Under the pieces are notes generated by a model. It had not been told where the DNA came from. It worked only from the letters and a program-made list of their open reading frames with translations, and did not search any database. 64,000 nt of DNA from Eledone cirrhosa (Eukaryota): positions 161,696,001 through 161,760,000 of the forward strand of contig OZ024741.1 in assembly GCA_964016885.1 (NCBI GenBank), read 5' to 3'. Positions 12,301 to 25,033 of the stretch are shown here, piece by piece. A program made the position numbers and the translations under genes. Each line of letters starts with the position of its first letter. Position 1 is the stretch's first letter.

Positions 12301-15300
12301 TGTATGTGTGTGTACCTGTTGGGATATGTCATGTCTCCATGTGTGTGTGTATGTGTGTGTACCTGTTGGGATATGTCATGTCTCCATGTGTGTGTGTATG
12401 TGTGTGTACCTGTTGGGATATGTCATGTCTCCATGTGTGTGTGTATGTGTGTGTACCTGTTGGGATATGTCATGTCTCCATGTGTGTGTGTATGTGTGTG
12501 TACCTGTTGGGATATGTCATGTCTCCATGTGTGTGTGTATGTGTGTGTACCTGTTGGGATATGTCATGTCTCCATGTGTGTGTGTATGTGTGTGTACCTG
12601 TTGGGATATGTCATGCCTCCATGTGTGTGTGTATGTGTGTGTACCTGTTGGGATATACCATGTCTCCATGTGTGTTTGTATGTGTGTGTACCTGTTGGGT
12701 TATGTCATGTCTCCATGTGTGTGTGTATGTGTGTGTACCTGTTGGGATATATCATGTCTCCATGTGTGTGTGTATGTGTGTGTACCTGTTGGGTTATGTC
12801 ATGTCTCCATGTGTGTGTGTATGTGTGTGTACCTGTTGGGATATGTCATGTCTCCATGTGTGTGTATGTGTGTGTACCTGTTGGGATATGTCATGTCTCC
12901 ATGTGTGTGTGTATGTGTGTGTACCTGTTGGGATATATCATGTCTCCATGTGTGTGTGTATGTGTGTGTGTACCTGTTGGGATATGTCATGTCTCCATGT
13001 GTGTGTGTATGTGTGTGTACCTGTTGGGATATGTCATGTCTCCATGTGTGTGTGTACCTGTTGGGATATGTCATGTCTCCATGTGTGTGTGTATGTGTGT
13101 GTGTACCTGTTGGGATATGTCATGTCTCCATGTGTGTGTACCTGCTGGGATATGTCATGTCTCCATGTGTGTGTATGTGTGTGTACCTGTTGGGATATGT
13201 CATGTCTCCATGTGTGTGTGTATGTGTGTGTACCTGTTGGGATATGTCATGTCTCCATGTGTGTGTGTACCTGTTGGGATATATCATGTCTCCATGTGTG
13301 TGTGTACCTGTTGGGATATGTCATGTCTCCATGTGTGTGTGTATGTGTGTGTGTACCTGTTAGGATATGTCATGTCTCCATGTGTGTGTACCTGTTGGGA
13401 TATGTCATGTCTCCATGTGTGTGTGTATGTGTGTGTACCTGTTGGGATATGTCATGTCTCCATGTGTGTGTGTATGTGTGTGTACCTGTTGGGATATGTC
13501 ATGTCTCCATGTGTGTGTGTACCTGTTGGGATATGTCATGTCTCCATGTGTGTGTGTATGTGTGTGTGTACCTGTTGGGATATGTCATGTCTCCATGTGT
13601 GTGTATGTGTGTGTACCTGTTGGGATATGTCATGTCTCCATGTGTGTGTGTATGTGTGTGTACCTGTTGGGATATGTCATGTCTCCATGTGTGTGTGTAC
13701 CTGTTGGGATATGTCATGTCTCCATGTGTGTGTGTATGTGTGTGTGTACCTGCTGGGATATGTCATGTCTCCATGTGTGTGTATGTGTGTGTACCTGTTG
13801 GGATATGTCATGTCTCCATGTGTGTGTGTATGTGTGTGTACCTGTTGGGATATGTCATGTCTCCATGTGTGTGTGTACCTGTTGGGATATATCATGTCTC
13901 CATGTGTGTGTGTACCTGTTGGGATATGTCATGTCTCCATGTGTGTGTGTATGTGTGTGTGTACCTGTTGGGATATGTCATGTCTCCATGTGTGTGTACC
14001 TGTTGGGATATGTCATGTCTCCATGTGTGTGTGTACCTGTTGGGATATGTCATGTCTCCATGTGTGTGTGTATGTGTGTGTGTACCTGTTGGGATATGTC
14101 ATGTCTCCATGTGTGTATGTGTGTGTACCTGTTGGGATATGTCATGTCTCCATGTGTGTGTGTGTATGTGTGTGTACCTGTTGGGATATGTCATGTCTCC
14201 ATGTGTGTTTGTATGTGTGTGTACCTGTTGGGATATGTCATGTCTCCATGTGTGTGTGTATATGTGTGTACCTGTTGGGACATGTCATGTCTCCATGTGT
14301 GTGTGTATGTGTGTGTACCTGCTGGGATATGTCATGTGTCCATGTGTGTGTGTATGTGTGTGTACCTGTTGGGATATGTCATGTCTCCATGTGTGTGTGT
14401 ATGTGTGTGTACCTGTTGGGATATGTCATGTCTCCATGTGTGTGTGTATGTGTGTGTACCTGTTGGGATATGTCATGTCTCCATGTGTGTGTGTATGTGT
14501 GTGTACCTGTTGGGATATGTCATGTCTCCATGTGTGTGTATGTGTGTGTACCTGTTGGGATATGTCATGTCTCCATGTGTGTGTGTGTGTGTGTACCTGT
14601 TGGGATATGTCATGTCTCCATGTGTGTGTGTATGTGTGTGTACCTGTTGGGATATGTCATGTCTCCATGTGTGTGTGTGTGTGTACCTGTTGGGATATGT
14701 CATGTCTCCATGTGTGTGTGTATGTGTGTGTACCTGTTGGGATATGTCATGTCTCCATGTGTGTGTGTACCTGTTGGGATATGTCATGTCTCCATGTGTG
14801 TGTGTGTGTGTGTACCTGTTGGGATATGTCATGTCTCCATGTGTGTGTGTATGTGTGTGTACCTGTTGGGATATGTCATGTCTCCATGTGTGTGTGTATG
14901 TGTGTGTACCTGTTGGGATATGTCATGTCTCCATGTGTGTGTGTATGTGTGTGTGCCTGTTGGGATATATCATGTCTCCATGTGTGTGTGTATGTGTGTG
15001 TACCTGTTGGGATATGTCATGTCTCCATGTGTGTGTGTATGTGTGTGTACCTGTTGGGATATATCATGTCTCCATGTGTGTGTGTATGTGTGTGTACCTG
15101 TTGGGATATGTCATGTCTCCATGTGTGTGTGTATGTGTGTGTACCTGTTGGGATATGTCATGTCTCCATGTGTGTGTGTATGTGTGTGTACCTGTTGGGA
15201 TATGTCATGTCTCCATGTGTGTGTGTATGTGTGTGTACCTGCTGGGATATGTCATGTCTCCATGTGTGTGTGTATGTGTGTGTACCTGTTGGGATATGTC

Positions 15301-18300
15301 ATGTCTCCATGTGTGTGTGTATGTGTGTGTACCTGTTGGGATATGTCATGTCTCCATGTGTGTGTGTATGTGTGTGTACCTGTTGGGATATGTCATGTCT
15401 CCATGTGTGTGTGTATGTGTGTGTACCTGCTGGGATATGTCATGTCTCCATGTGTGTGTGTATGTGTGTGTACCTGTTGGGATATGTCATGTCTCCATGT
15501 GTGTGTGTATGTGTGTGTACCTGTTGGGATATGTCATGTCTCCATGTGTGTTTGTATGTGTGTGTACCTGTTGGGATATGTCATGTCTCCATGTGTGTGT
15601 GTATGTGTGTGTACCTGCTGGGATATGTCATGTCTCCATGTGTGTGTGTATGTGTGTGTACCTGTTGGGATATGTCATGTCTCCATGTGTGTGTGTATGT
15701 GTGTGTACCTGTTGGGATATGTCATGTCTCCATGTGTGTGTGTATGTGTGTGTACCTGTTGGGATATGTCATGTCTCCATGTGTGTGTGTATGTGTGTGT
15801 ACCTGTTGGGATATGTCATGTCTCCATGTGTGTTTGTATGTGTGTGTACCTGTTGGGATATGTCATGTCTCCATGTGTGTGTGTATGTGTGTGTACCTGC
15901 TGGGATATGTCATGTCTCCATGTGTGTGTGTATGTGTGTGTACCTGTTGGGATATGTCATGTCTCCATGTGTGTGTGTATGTGTGTGTGTACCTGTTGGG
16001 ATATGTCATGTCTCCATGTGTGTGTGTATGTGTGTGTGTACCTGTTGGGATATGTCATGTCTCCATGTGTGTTTGTATGTGTGTGTGTACCTGTTGGGAT
16101 ATGTCATGTCTCCATGTGTGTGTGTATGTGTGTGTACCTGTTGGGATATGTCATGTCTCCATGTGTGTGTGTATGTGTGTGTACCTGTTGGGATATATCA
16201 TGTCTCCATGTGTGTGTGTATGTGTGTGTACCTGTTGGGATATGTCATGTCTCCATGTGTGTGTGTATCTGTTAGGATATGTTATGTCTCCATGTGTGTT
16301 TGTATGTGTGTGTGTACCTGTTGGGATATGTCATGTCTCCATGTGTGTGTGTATGTGTGTGTACCTGTTGGGATATGTCATGTCTCCATGTGTGTGTGTA
16401 TGTGTGTGTACCTGTTGGGATATATCATGTCTCCATGTGTGTGTGTATGTGTGTGTACCTGTTGGGATATGTCATGTCTCCATGTGTGTGTGTATCTGTT
16501 AGGATATGTTATGTCTCCATGTGTGTTTGTATGTGTGTGTGTACCTGTTGGGATATGTCATGTCTCCATGTGTGTGTGTATCTGTTAGGATATGTTATGT
16601 CTCCATGTGTGTTTGTATGTGTGTGTGTACCTGTTGGGATATGTCATGTCTCCATGTGTGTGTGTATCTGTTAGGATATGTTATGTCTCCATGTGTGTTT
16701 GTATGTGTGTGTGTACCTGTTGGGATATGTCATGTCTCCATGTGTGTGTGTATGTGTGTGTACCTGTTGGGATATGTCATGTCTCCATGTGTGTGTGTAT
16801 GTGTGTGTACCTGTTGGGATATATCATGTCTCCATGTGTGTGTGTATGTGTGTGTACCTGTTGGGATATGTCATGTCTCCATGTGTGTGTGTATCTGTTA
16901 GGATATGTTATGTCTCCATGTGTGTTTGTATGTGTGTGTGTACCTGTTGGGATATGTCATGTCTCCATGTGTGTGTGTATCTGTTAGGATATGTTATGTC
17001 TCCATGTGTGTTTGTATGTGTGTGTGTACCTGTTGGGATATGTCATGTCTCCATGTGTGTGTGTATGTGTGTGTACCTGTTGGGATATGTCATGTCTCCA
17101 TGTGTGTGTGTATGTGTGTGTACCTGTTGGGATATATCATGTCTCCATGTGTGTGTGTATGTGTGTGTACCTGTTGGGATATGTCATGTCTCCATGTGTG
17201 TGTGTATCTGTTAGGATATGTTATGTCTCCATGTGTGTTTGTATGTGTGTGTGTACCTGTTGGGATATGTCATGTCTCCATGTGTGTGTGTATGTGTGTG
17301 TACCTGTTGGGATATGTCATGTCTCCATGTGTGTGTGTATGTGTGTGTACCTGTTGGGATATATCATGTCTCCATGTGTGTGTGTATGTGTGTGTACCTG
17401 TTGGGATATGTCATGTCTCCATGTGTGTGTGTATCTGTTAGGATATGTTATGTCTCCATGTGTGTTTGTATGTGTGTGTGTACCTGTTGGGATATGTCAT
17501 GTCTCCATGTGTGTGTGTATCTGTTAGGATATGTTATGTCTCCATGTGTGTTTGTATGTGTGTGTGTACCTGTTGGGATATGTCATGTCTCCATGTGTGT
17601 GTGTATGTGTGTGTACCTGTTGGGATATGTCATGTCTCCATGTGTGTGTGTATGTGTGTGTACCTGTTGGGATATATCATGTCTCCATGTGTGTGTGTAT
17701 GTGTGTGTACCTGTTGGGATATGTCATGTCTCCATGTGTGTGTGTATCTGTTAGGATATGTTATGTCTCCATGTGTGTTTGTATGTGTGTGTGTACCTGT
17801 TGGGATATGTCATGTCTCCATGTGTGTGTGTATGTGTGTGTACCTGTTGGGATATGTCATGTCTCCATGTGTGTGTGTATGTGTGTGTACCTGTTGGGAT
17901 ATGTCATGTCTCCATGTGTGTGTGTATGTGTGTGTACCTGTTGGGATATGTCATGTCTCCATGTGTGTGTGTATGTGTGTGTGTACCTGTTGGGATATGT
18001 CATGTCTCCATGTGTGTGTGTATGTGTGTGTACCTGTTGGGATATGTCATGTCTCCATGTGTGTGTGTATGTGTGTGTACCTGTTGGGATATGTCATGTC
18101 TCCATGTGTGTGTGTATGTGTGTGTACCTGTTGGGATATGTCATGTCTCCATGTGTGTGTGTATGTGTGTGTACCTGTTGGGATATGTCATGTCTCCATG
18201 TGTGTGTGTATGTGTGTGTGTACCTGTTGGGATATGTCATGTCTCCATGTGTGTGTGCCTGTTGGGATATGTCATGTCTCCATGTGTGTGTGTATGTGTG

Positions 18301-19506
18301 TGTACCTGTTGGAATATGTCATGTCTCCATGTGTGTTTGTATGTGTGTGTGTACCTGTTGGGATATGTCATGTCTCCATGTGTGTGTGTATGTGTGTGTG
18401 CCTGTTGGGATATGTCATGTCTCCATGTGTGTTTGTATGTGTGTGTACCTGTTGGGATATGTCATGTCTCCATGTGTGTTTGTATGTGTGTGTACCTGTT
18501 GGGATATGTCATGTCTCCATGTGTGTTTGTATGTGTGTGTACCTGTTGGGATATGTCATGTCTCCATGTGTGTGTGTACCTGTTGGGATATATCATGTCT
18601 CCATGTGTGTGTGTATGTGTGTGTGCCTGTTGGGATATGTCATGTCTCCATGTGTGTGTGCATGTGTGTGTACCTGCTGGGATATGTCATGTCTCCATGT
18701 GTGTGTGTATGTGTGTGTACCTGTTGGGATATGCCATGTCTCCATGTGTGTGTGTATGTGTGTGTGCCTGTTGGGATATGTCATGTCTCCATGTGTGTTT
18801 GTATGTGTGTGTACCTGTTGGGATATCTCATGTCTCCATGTGTGTGTACCTGTTGGGATATGTCATGTCTCCATGTGTGTGTGTATGTGTGTGTACCTGT
18901 TGGGATATGTCATGTCTCCATGTGTGTGTGTACCTGTTGGGATATGTTATGTCTCCATGTGTGTGTGTACCTGTTGGGATATGTCATGTCTCCATGTGTG
19001 TGTGTGTAGGTGTGTGTACCTGTTGGGATATGTCATATCTCCATGTGTGTGTGTATGTGTGTGTACCTGTTGGGATATGTCATGTCTCCATGTGTGTGTG
19101 TATGTGTGTGTACCTGCTGGGATATGTCATGTCTCCATGTGTGTGTGTATGTGTGTGTACCTGCTGGGATATGTCATGTCTCCATGTGTGTGTGTATGTG
19201 TGTGTACCTGTTGGGATATGTCATGTCTCCATGTGTGTGTGTATGTGTGTACCTGTTGGGATATGTCATGTCTCCATGTGTGTGTATGTGTGTGTACCTG
19301 TTGGGATATGTCATGTCTCCATGTGTGTGTGTATGTGTGTGTACCTGTTGGGATATGTCATGTCTCCATGTGTGTGTGTATGTGTGTGTACCTGTTGGGA
19401 TATGTCATGTCTCCATGTGTGTTTGTATGTGTGTGTACCTGTTGGGATATATCATGTCTCCATGTGTATGTGTATGTGTGTGTACCTGTTGGGATATGTC
19501 ATGTCT
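3360..19506 (+). repeat. ~16-kb intronic satellite, 47-bp consensus ACCTGTTGGGATATGTCATGTCTCCAT-GTGTGTGTGT-ATGTGTGTGT, with 35/37/45/49-bp variants (~350 units, estimated)
   Basis: Direct tandem repetition; a 27-bp core plus a (GT)n linker; variants cluster in blocks. Confidence 0.99.
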
Positions 19507-19849
19507 AACAGGCAATCTCATGGTGATCCATAGATATGCTAGAAATAACAGATAAATAGGAGGAACCTCATTTTCCTTTCTGCTCTTTCCAACTTTCTCT
19601 GCTGCCCCACATTCATCCCCCATATCTTACTCCCATAAATCATGGCACATGCAACACACCACATTCCTTTCAATTTCAGCGACATACTTCTTATTAGCAC
19701 ACCACTCAGTTGCCAGAACTTCTTTCAGGTGCATCTCACTCTAGATACTGTCATGAAGTCTGATGCACCTTCTTCATTGTAAATTTCTCTAAGGTGACAT
19801 AGATAATATGTTGCTAAAGCTATCTCTATTTATAATATTGGTGAACATA

Positions 19850-20270
19850 AAGGTGTTAACGGTATCCAGCTGTAGAAAACATGCAACAAATTATTGAGAA
19901 GCCTCTTCATTCATGTCTTTGACATGATAGCCTCTAGTGCTGGTATCATATTAAAATGCACTCAGGACACTCTGTAAAGTGGTTGATGTTAGGAAGAGCA
20001 TTCAGCTGTAGAAACCATGCCAAGCAAAGGGTTGAGAACTCTTCAGTCATATGAAGGATATAACAACCTCCCTAGTGCTAGGCCCACAATAAAATGCACC
20101 CAGTACACTCTGAAAAGTGGTTAGTACTATGAAGGGCATCTAGCTGTTGAAACCATGCCAAAACTTGAACATGCGGGAGGCAATAGCTCAGATTAAGTAG
20201 TTTCTGTCTATAATGACCTGTCCAACTCATGCTAGCATGGGAAAACAGATGCATGAGGAAGATGGTGATG
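19850..20270 (+). mobile_element. Tandem SINE fragments carrying the GTTAGGAAGGGCATCCAGCTGTAGAAAC domain (resembles the Meta-SINE core; RTE-type (GAT)n tail)
   Basis: Three successive copies of the domain. Related copies at ~23130-23405 and 46645-46880, and inverted at ~50870-51260, 56000-56400 and 59150-59450. Confidence 0.65.
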
Positions 20271-20550
20271 ATGATAATGACTCCAGCATAGTTAAATAGT
20301 GATTTCTAATTTTTACACAAGGCTGATCATCTGGGGGACATGGAAAATTGACTATATTGACATCAGTACTAGACTGGTATTTTATTTTATCAACTTCAGA
20401 AAGACGAATTGTAAAGTTGACTTTGATGGGATCTGAACTCAAAACATAAAGAGCAGAACAAATGTTAGAAAACAATTTATCTGAAGGACGCTCTAATGAT
20501 TCAGTCAATAATATGACGTTGGGTTATAATACTGAGGAAAGTTGGCTTAC

Positions 20551-20674
20551 CCCCTTTCAATCGAGCCATTTCAGGAGTCCCAAACAGAAGACTGAATGAC
20601 AAAGTATCAAGATCAAGAAGTCTTTTGAAAACTGTTTCATTGAGCCAGGAGGGCTGACTGAAGTTGTGATGTCT
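20551..20674 (-). CDS. ACP2: Acid phosphatase exon 7
   Basis: gtatcctttcag|RHHNFSQPSWLNETVFKRLLDLDTLSFSLLFGTPEMARLKG-g|gtaagc; 124 nt, ends in phase 1. Confidence 0.94.
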
Positions 20675-21153
20675 CTGAAAGGATACAAGAAATAAAATAA
20701 AGAAATCGTAAAAATATTTTTGCCATAAGAGGTGACTAAAAGGGTTAACTCATGGATAACATAGCATCATAAAGAAATCCTTGATGAATATGGTTAAGCC
20801 AGTCATGGAGCTGTAATGCTAAACCCTGCTTTAGCAAGGAAATTTGCCTTAACACTACCATATTTTCTAATGTAAGACACTGCCTAAATAATTTTGAAAG
20901 TAATCAAGAATTTGGAGGGATTTAGTAAAATAACTAACTTAATCATTATTAGGCTGGTTTTTGGAACATAACTTAATAAAAAAGATGATTATGGAAGGTT
21001 TAAATTTAAACATGAACATTTTAAAACTGGCAATTTTATATCATTGATTCAGAGATAGGTTTCTTCAAGTTGCTATCAAATGGGTTACATGATTGCAAAG
21101 TGAATTTCTTAACCATTCAGCTATGCTTGTGCTCACTGTAAAATATTATGTAA

Positions 21154-21405
21154 TTAACCCTTTCATTACCATATCTCTAATGAAATACACTGCCATGATT
21201 TTGAAATAATTTTGAAAATAATTGAGAATTTGCAGGATTTTGTAATATAACTTTCTCATTGTTATCTGGTGTTTTGAGTATAGCTTAACACAGGTTCTTA
21301 TATAAAATTGTGATAGATTTTCAGATAAATAGAGATACTTTAAATTAAACAGCTTTCTGTTGTATAATCAGGGGAAGTTTCATGTTTTGGTATCAAATGG
21401 GTTAA
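21154..21405. mobile_element. piggyBac-type MITE, second family (TTAA TSD)
   Basis: TTAA|CCCTTTCATTACC ... GGTATCAAATGGG|TTAA. Partial copies at ~20850-21088, 21590-21740, 24316-24720, 33660-33960 and 52150-53103. Confidence 0.75.
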
Positions 21406-21439
21406 CAATTGGTGATAAAGCGAAAAAAAAGGAGCTTAC

Positions 21440-21529
21440 CTCACATATTAAAGTGTCAGTCAACTCCCATACATAACTGATGTTTTCTTTAGGACCACCA
21501 GTTACATTACTAAGAAATTCATAGAAAGG
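21440..21529 (-). CDS. ACP2: Acid phosphatase exon 6
   Basis: ttttatttccag|PFYEFLSNVTGGPKENISYVWELTDTLICE|gtaagc; 90 nt; TG...VW...DTL.CE motif. Confidence 0.95.
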
Positions 21530-21894
21530 CTGGAAATAAAAAACAGCAAAACAACTAAGTATATGTTCAAAATAGTTTCTCTTTAACTCTTAACATAAGC
21601 TGATGTTTGGAACATAACCCAACAAAAGTTCTTACATAAAATTATTATGGAATTTTTAAATCTAAACATAAACACTTCAAAATAAACAGTTTTACATCAT
21701 AGAACACGGAGCGGTTCCATAGAGTTGAGTATCAAAAGGGGAAGGTGATGTTTGGAGTATAACTTAATAAAGGTTCATACATAAAATTATGATAAAATGA
21801 TTTTTTTAGATGAATCTAAACACTTTAAAATGAACAACTTTATATTGCAGAACCAAAAGTGGTTTGGTACAAAAAATGTTAAAATATTACTTAC

Positions 21895-21990
21895 TTTATT
21901 TTTCTTCTCTTCTTCTTTAATTGCATGAGATTTTAGCTCTATTTCCTTCAACATGTTGTACTTGGGACAATTCTTACTAATCTGCAACAT
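21895..21990 (-). CDS. ACP2: Acid phosphatase exon 5
   Basis: ttacctgtag|MLQISKNCPKYNMLKEIELKSHAIKEEEKKNK|gtaagt; 96 nt; conserved CP.Y. Confidence 0.93.
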
Positions 21991-23420
21991 CTACAGGTAA
22001 TAAGAAATGTCAGATACCTCTCTAGTTTAGGAGGTAAACAATACAAAATGTCAAACTCCTTTCTACTACCACCACTACTATCACAGTATACTATGTTTGA
22101 AAAAAATTAAGGCAGGGTGGTCACACACAGAACACCACTACTCAGGGTTCTACTCAATTAGGGTTTGGTTGGGGATGAAGAGAACATAGGTTTTTGGAAA
22201 GCAAGGGGAGATGGAGGGAGTTTTGGAAGTCAAGTAGAGAAAGAGGGGTCTGTCTTTGGAAGGCAAGATGTGGTGAGGGAAGAAGGGGCAAATAATAAAT
22301 TAATAAGTACGAGTAAAAATAGTTAGTTACCTTTTAAATGAAGAAAAAAATGAAATAGAATTTACAGCTCACACTTATGTAGGTTTAACTGGCCTACCAC
22401 AAGTTTGTTTCTTGGGTGTTTAAACGTTAAGGGTCCAATCTTATCATGAAAAGCAATGTGGAATGAAATGTCTTGTTGAAGAACACAATGCACCAACCGT
22501 TCTGGGAATTGAACCTTATGATTGTAAGCTCAAGTCCAACACCCTAACTACTAGTTCACAGGCTTTCACTAAAACACAATGAAAGCAATAACAACAACAG
22601 CTATAAAGTTAGACTCTCAAAGTAAGTGCTAACGACCCTCTGACAGAAGTGGGGAGAGCTGTGAGATTCAAGTCAGTTATTGGAAGACAAGGAGTATGAA
22701 GGAGGACAGGGGCAAAGAATACAAAATAGTAGTTACCCCTAACGACTCTTACCCTTAGTTATTCAGAAACATTCTTAAATAAAATATTTAAAAATGATTT
22801 AAATTTAATTTTCAATGTACAATTTCCCAACTTCACAGTTGGTGGTCACTACTGAAATGCAAGCTCGAGCCTAATCAACCCTGGCTGGGTCACCTGGACA
22901 AGGGTATCTGATATTGAAAGACCTGAAACACTCATGGTCACATCACTGATGAGGCATCCTAGCTCATCCATGTCATATAACTTACATATATATAGTTCAA
23001 ATTTATAGTGTGTGTGTGGGGGGGGGGGCTCAAAATAAGTTTAGGAAAATCTAATTGTTCTAAGATGAAGCCTAACATTTGTTGTTTCATAGCGTTAGGT
23101 TAAATAAACAATCATAAACGATCCCCTAGTTCACTCTGTAAATTGGATGGTGATAAGAAAGGCATCCAGCCATAGAAAATATGCCAAACAAAGGGTCGGG
23201 AAGACACTTCACTTATGCCAAAAACATGACAACTTCCCTAGTGATGCCATGATAAAATGCACTAGGTAGAACACGAGATTGTATGTTGGGCCCCTGGCCC
23301 ACCTGGAGGTTAAAAGCTCTACTTGAGTACTGACTCATCTGTGATGACATGTCCAGTATTTGCTAACACGGAAAATGGACGTTAATCAATGATGATGTTG
23401 ATGATTTCAGACAAACTTAC

Positions 23421-23573
23421 ATTATCCTCTTCACCAGGAACCATGCTAACAGGTATTGGTTGCCAGGTAATGTTTGGATTCCATATCTGTTGATTGTGAG
23501 GAGGGTAAAGACCAGCTAGATTGGAATAAGCACTCATCAAACATCTCTCCACAGCTGAACTTTCTACGGAGAT
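23421..23573 (-). CDS. ACP2: Acid phosphatase exon 4
   Basis: ttatgttgtag|[51 protein letters not shown]|gtaagt; 153 nt; R.LMSA..NLAGL.PP and WQPIPV motifs. Confidence 0.97.
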
Positions 23574-24129
23574 CTACAACATAAAAACAATTAATCTCAA
23601 ACTATAGGAAAAAATACAATAAAACATTGTAGCATGAAAAACTATGTGCTTTCAGGTTCACCCCTAGTGCATGGCACCTTGGGCAAGTCTCTTCTCCTAT
23701 AGCTTTGGGTTGACTTTGTAAGTGAAATTTGAAACCTTTTGTATATATATATATATGTGTGTGTCTGAGCCTGTGTTTACGTGTGTCTGTATCCCATATT
23801 TTAGCAGTTTAACAAAAATAGATTGATAAAATAAGTACTGGGTTTAATATGATTGACAAAAAGAAATCCCTTTAAAATGGTGCTCCAGGATGGCCACAGT
23901 TTAATGACTGAAATCAACAAAAAAATAAACAAATGTATCTGTTTTAGAATAGGTACATCATATTCCTGTGTATTGTAAGAGGTGTTATTGTTGATGTTGG
24001 TAATATAATTGTTGGTGATGAATTGGTTATTGGTGATGTTGATGATATAGTTTTTGATGCAGTTGATGATGTTGGTGTTGTAGTTCTGGATTAATTATTA
24101 CAATCAATATTAATTATAAACAAATTTAC

Positions 24130-24216
24130 CTCATTATGTATATATGTTTGATTTAAATATCCATCATATCGATGCCTTAAGAACTTTCCAAGATGGTATT
24201 GTTGCATCTTTCCAAT
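24130..24216 (-). CDS. ACP2: Acid phosphatase exon 3
   Basis: tatatctcag|IGKMQQYHLGKFLRHRYDGYLNQTYIHNE|gtaaat; 87 nt; matches the G..Q...LG..LR.RY family pattern. Confidence 0.96.
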
Positions 24217-25033
24217 CTGAGATATACAAAACAAAACAATTATAGATCAGTGGTTAAACAACATTGAAGAAGGAAGATTTACCATCCAATCAGGCAATGT
24301 TTTCTGGGGCATGTTTTAACTCTTTCAATACTACAATATATCTCTAATGAAAGACACTGCTTGTGCATTTCAAATCATTTTGAAAATAATCAAGAATTTG
24401 GAGAAATTAAGTTATTATAACTAACTTTCTCATTATTAGAGCTGCTGTTTGGAACATAACTTATAACGGAAGGAGTTTAGAAAAATATACACTTTAACTC
24501 TTTCAACACCATATTTCTAATAAAAGACACTGCCTATGATTTTCAAATCACTCTGAAAATAAGCATTTGGTGAGTTTTAATAATATAACTAACTTACTCG
24601 TTATCAAGCTTGTGTTTGGAGCATAACTTAAAGGTTCTTCATCAAATTATGATGGGAGATTTTTAGATAAATATAAACAATTTAAAACAAACAGTTTTGT
24701 ATTGTATAATCAAGGGCAGTAAGGTATTCAAAATATATTGAATTCATATGATCGTATATATTTTAGCTGAAGGTGTTTGGCTTAGTGGTTAGCTCATGAT
24801 CATAAGGTCATAAGTTGGATTCCTGGACTGGGTGGTGAGTTGTGTCCTTGAGGACTACTTTAAATGTGCATGTGTCTGTGTAATGCTTAGCCAATCAACT
24901 GGAACATTTGTTGTTAGAAGCGACAGAGGTCCGGCACCAACAATAATATATTTTTTTGTATTAATAAACTTGAGCAAGATCAGGTACTGCACCTAGTTTA
25001 TAAATAGAATAGAGAGAGCTAACATTTACTTAC

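Noticed and set aside
3360-19506. CATGTG E-box in each satellite unit as a TFEB/MITF platform for a lysosomal gene
   Set aside because: CATGTG arises trivially at the CAT/(GT)n junction, and it lacks the 5' T flank and the CLEAR consensus.
3217-19555. Giant Cys/Val-rich ORFs (up to 4388 aa) in all three + frames
   Set aside because: The 47-bp unit has no TAA/TAG/TGA on the + strand, and unit lengths (35/37/47/49) ignore codon phase. The ORFs are antisense within an intron and are satellite artefacts.
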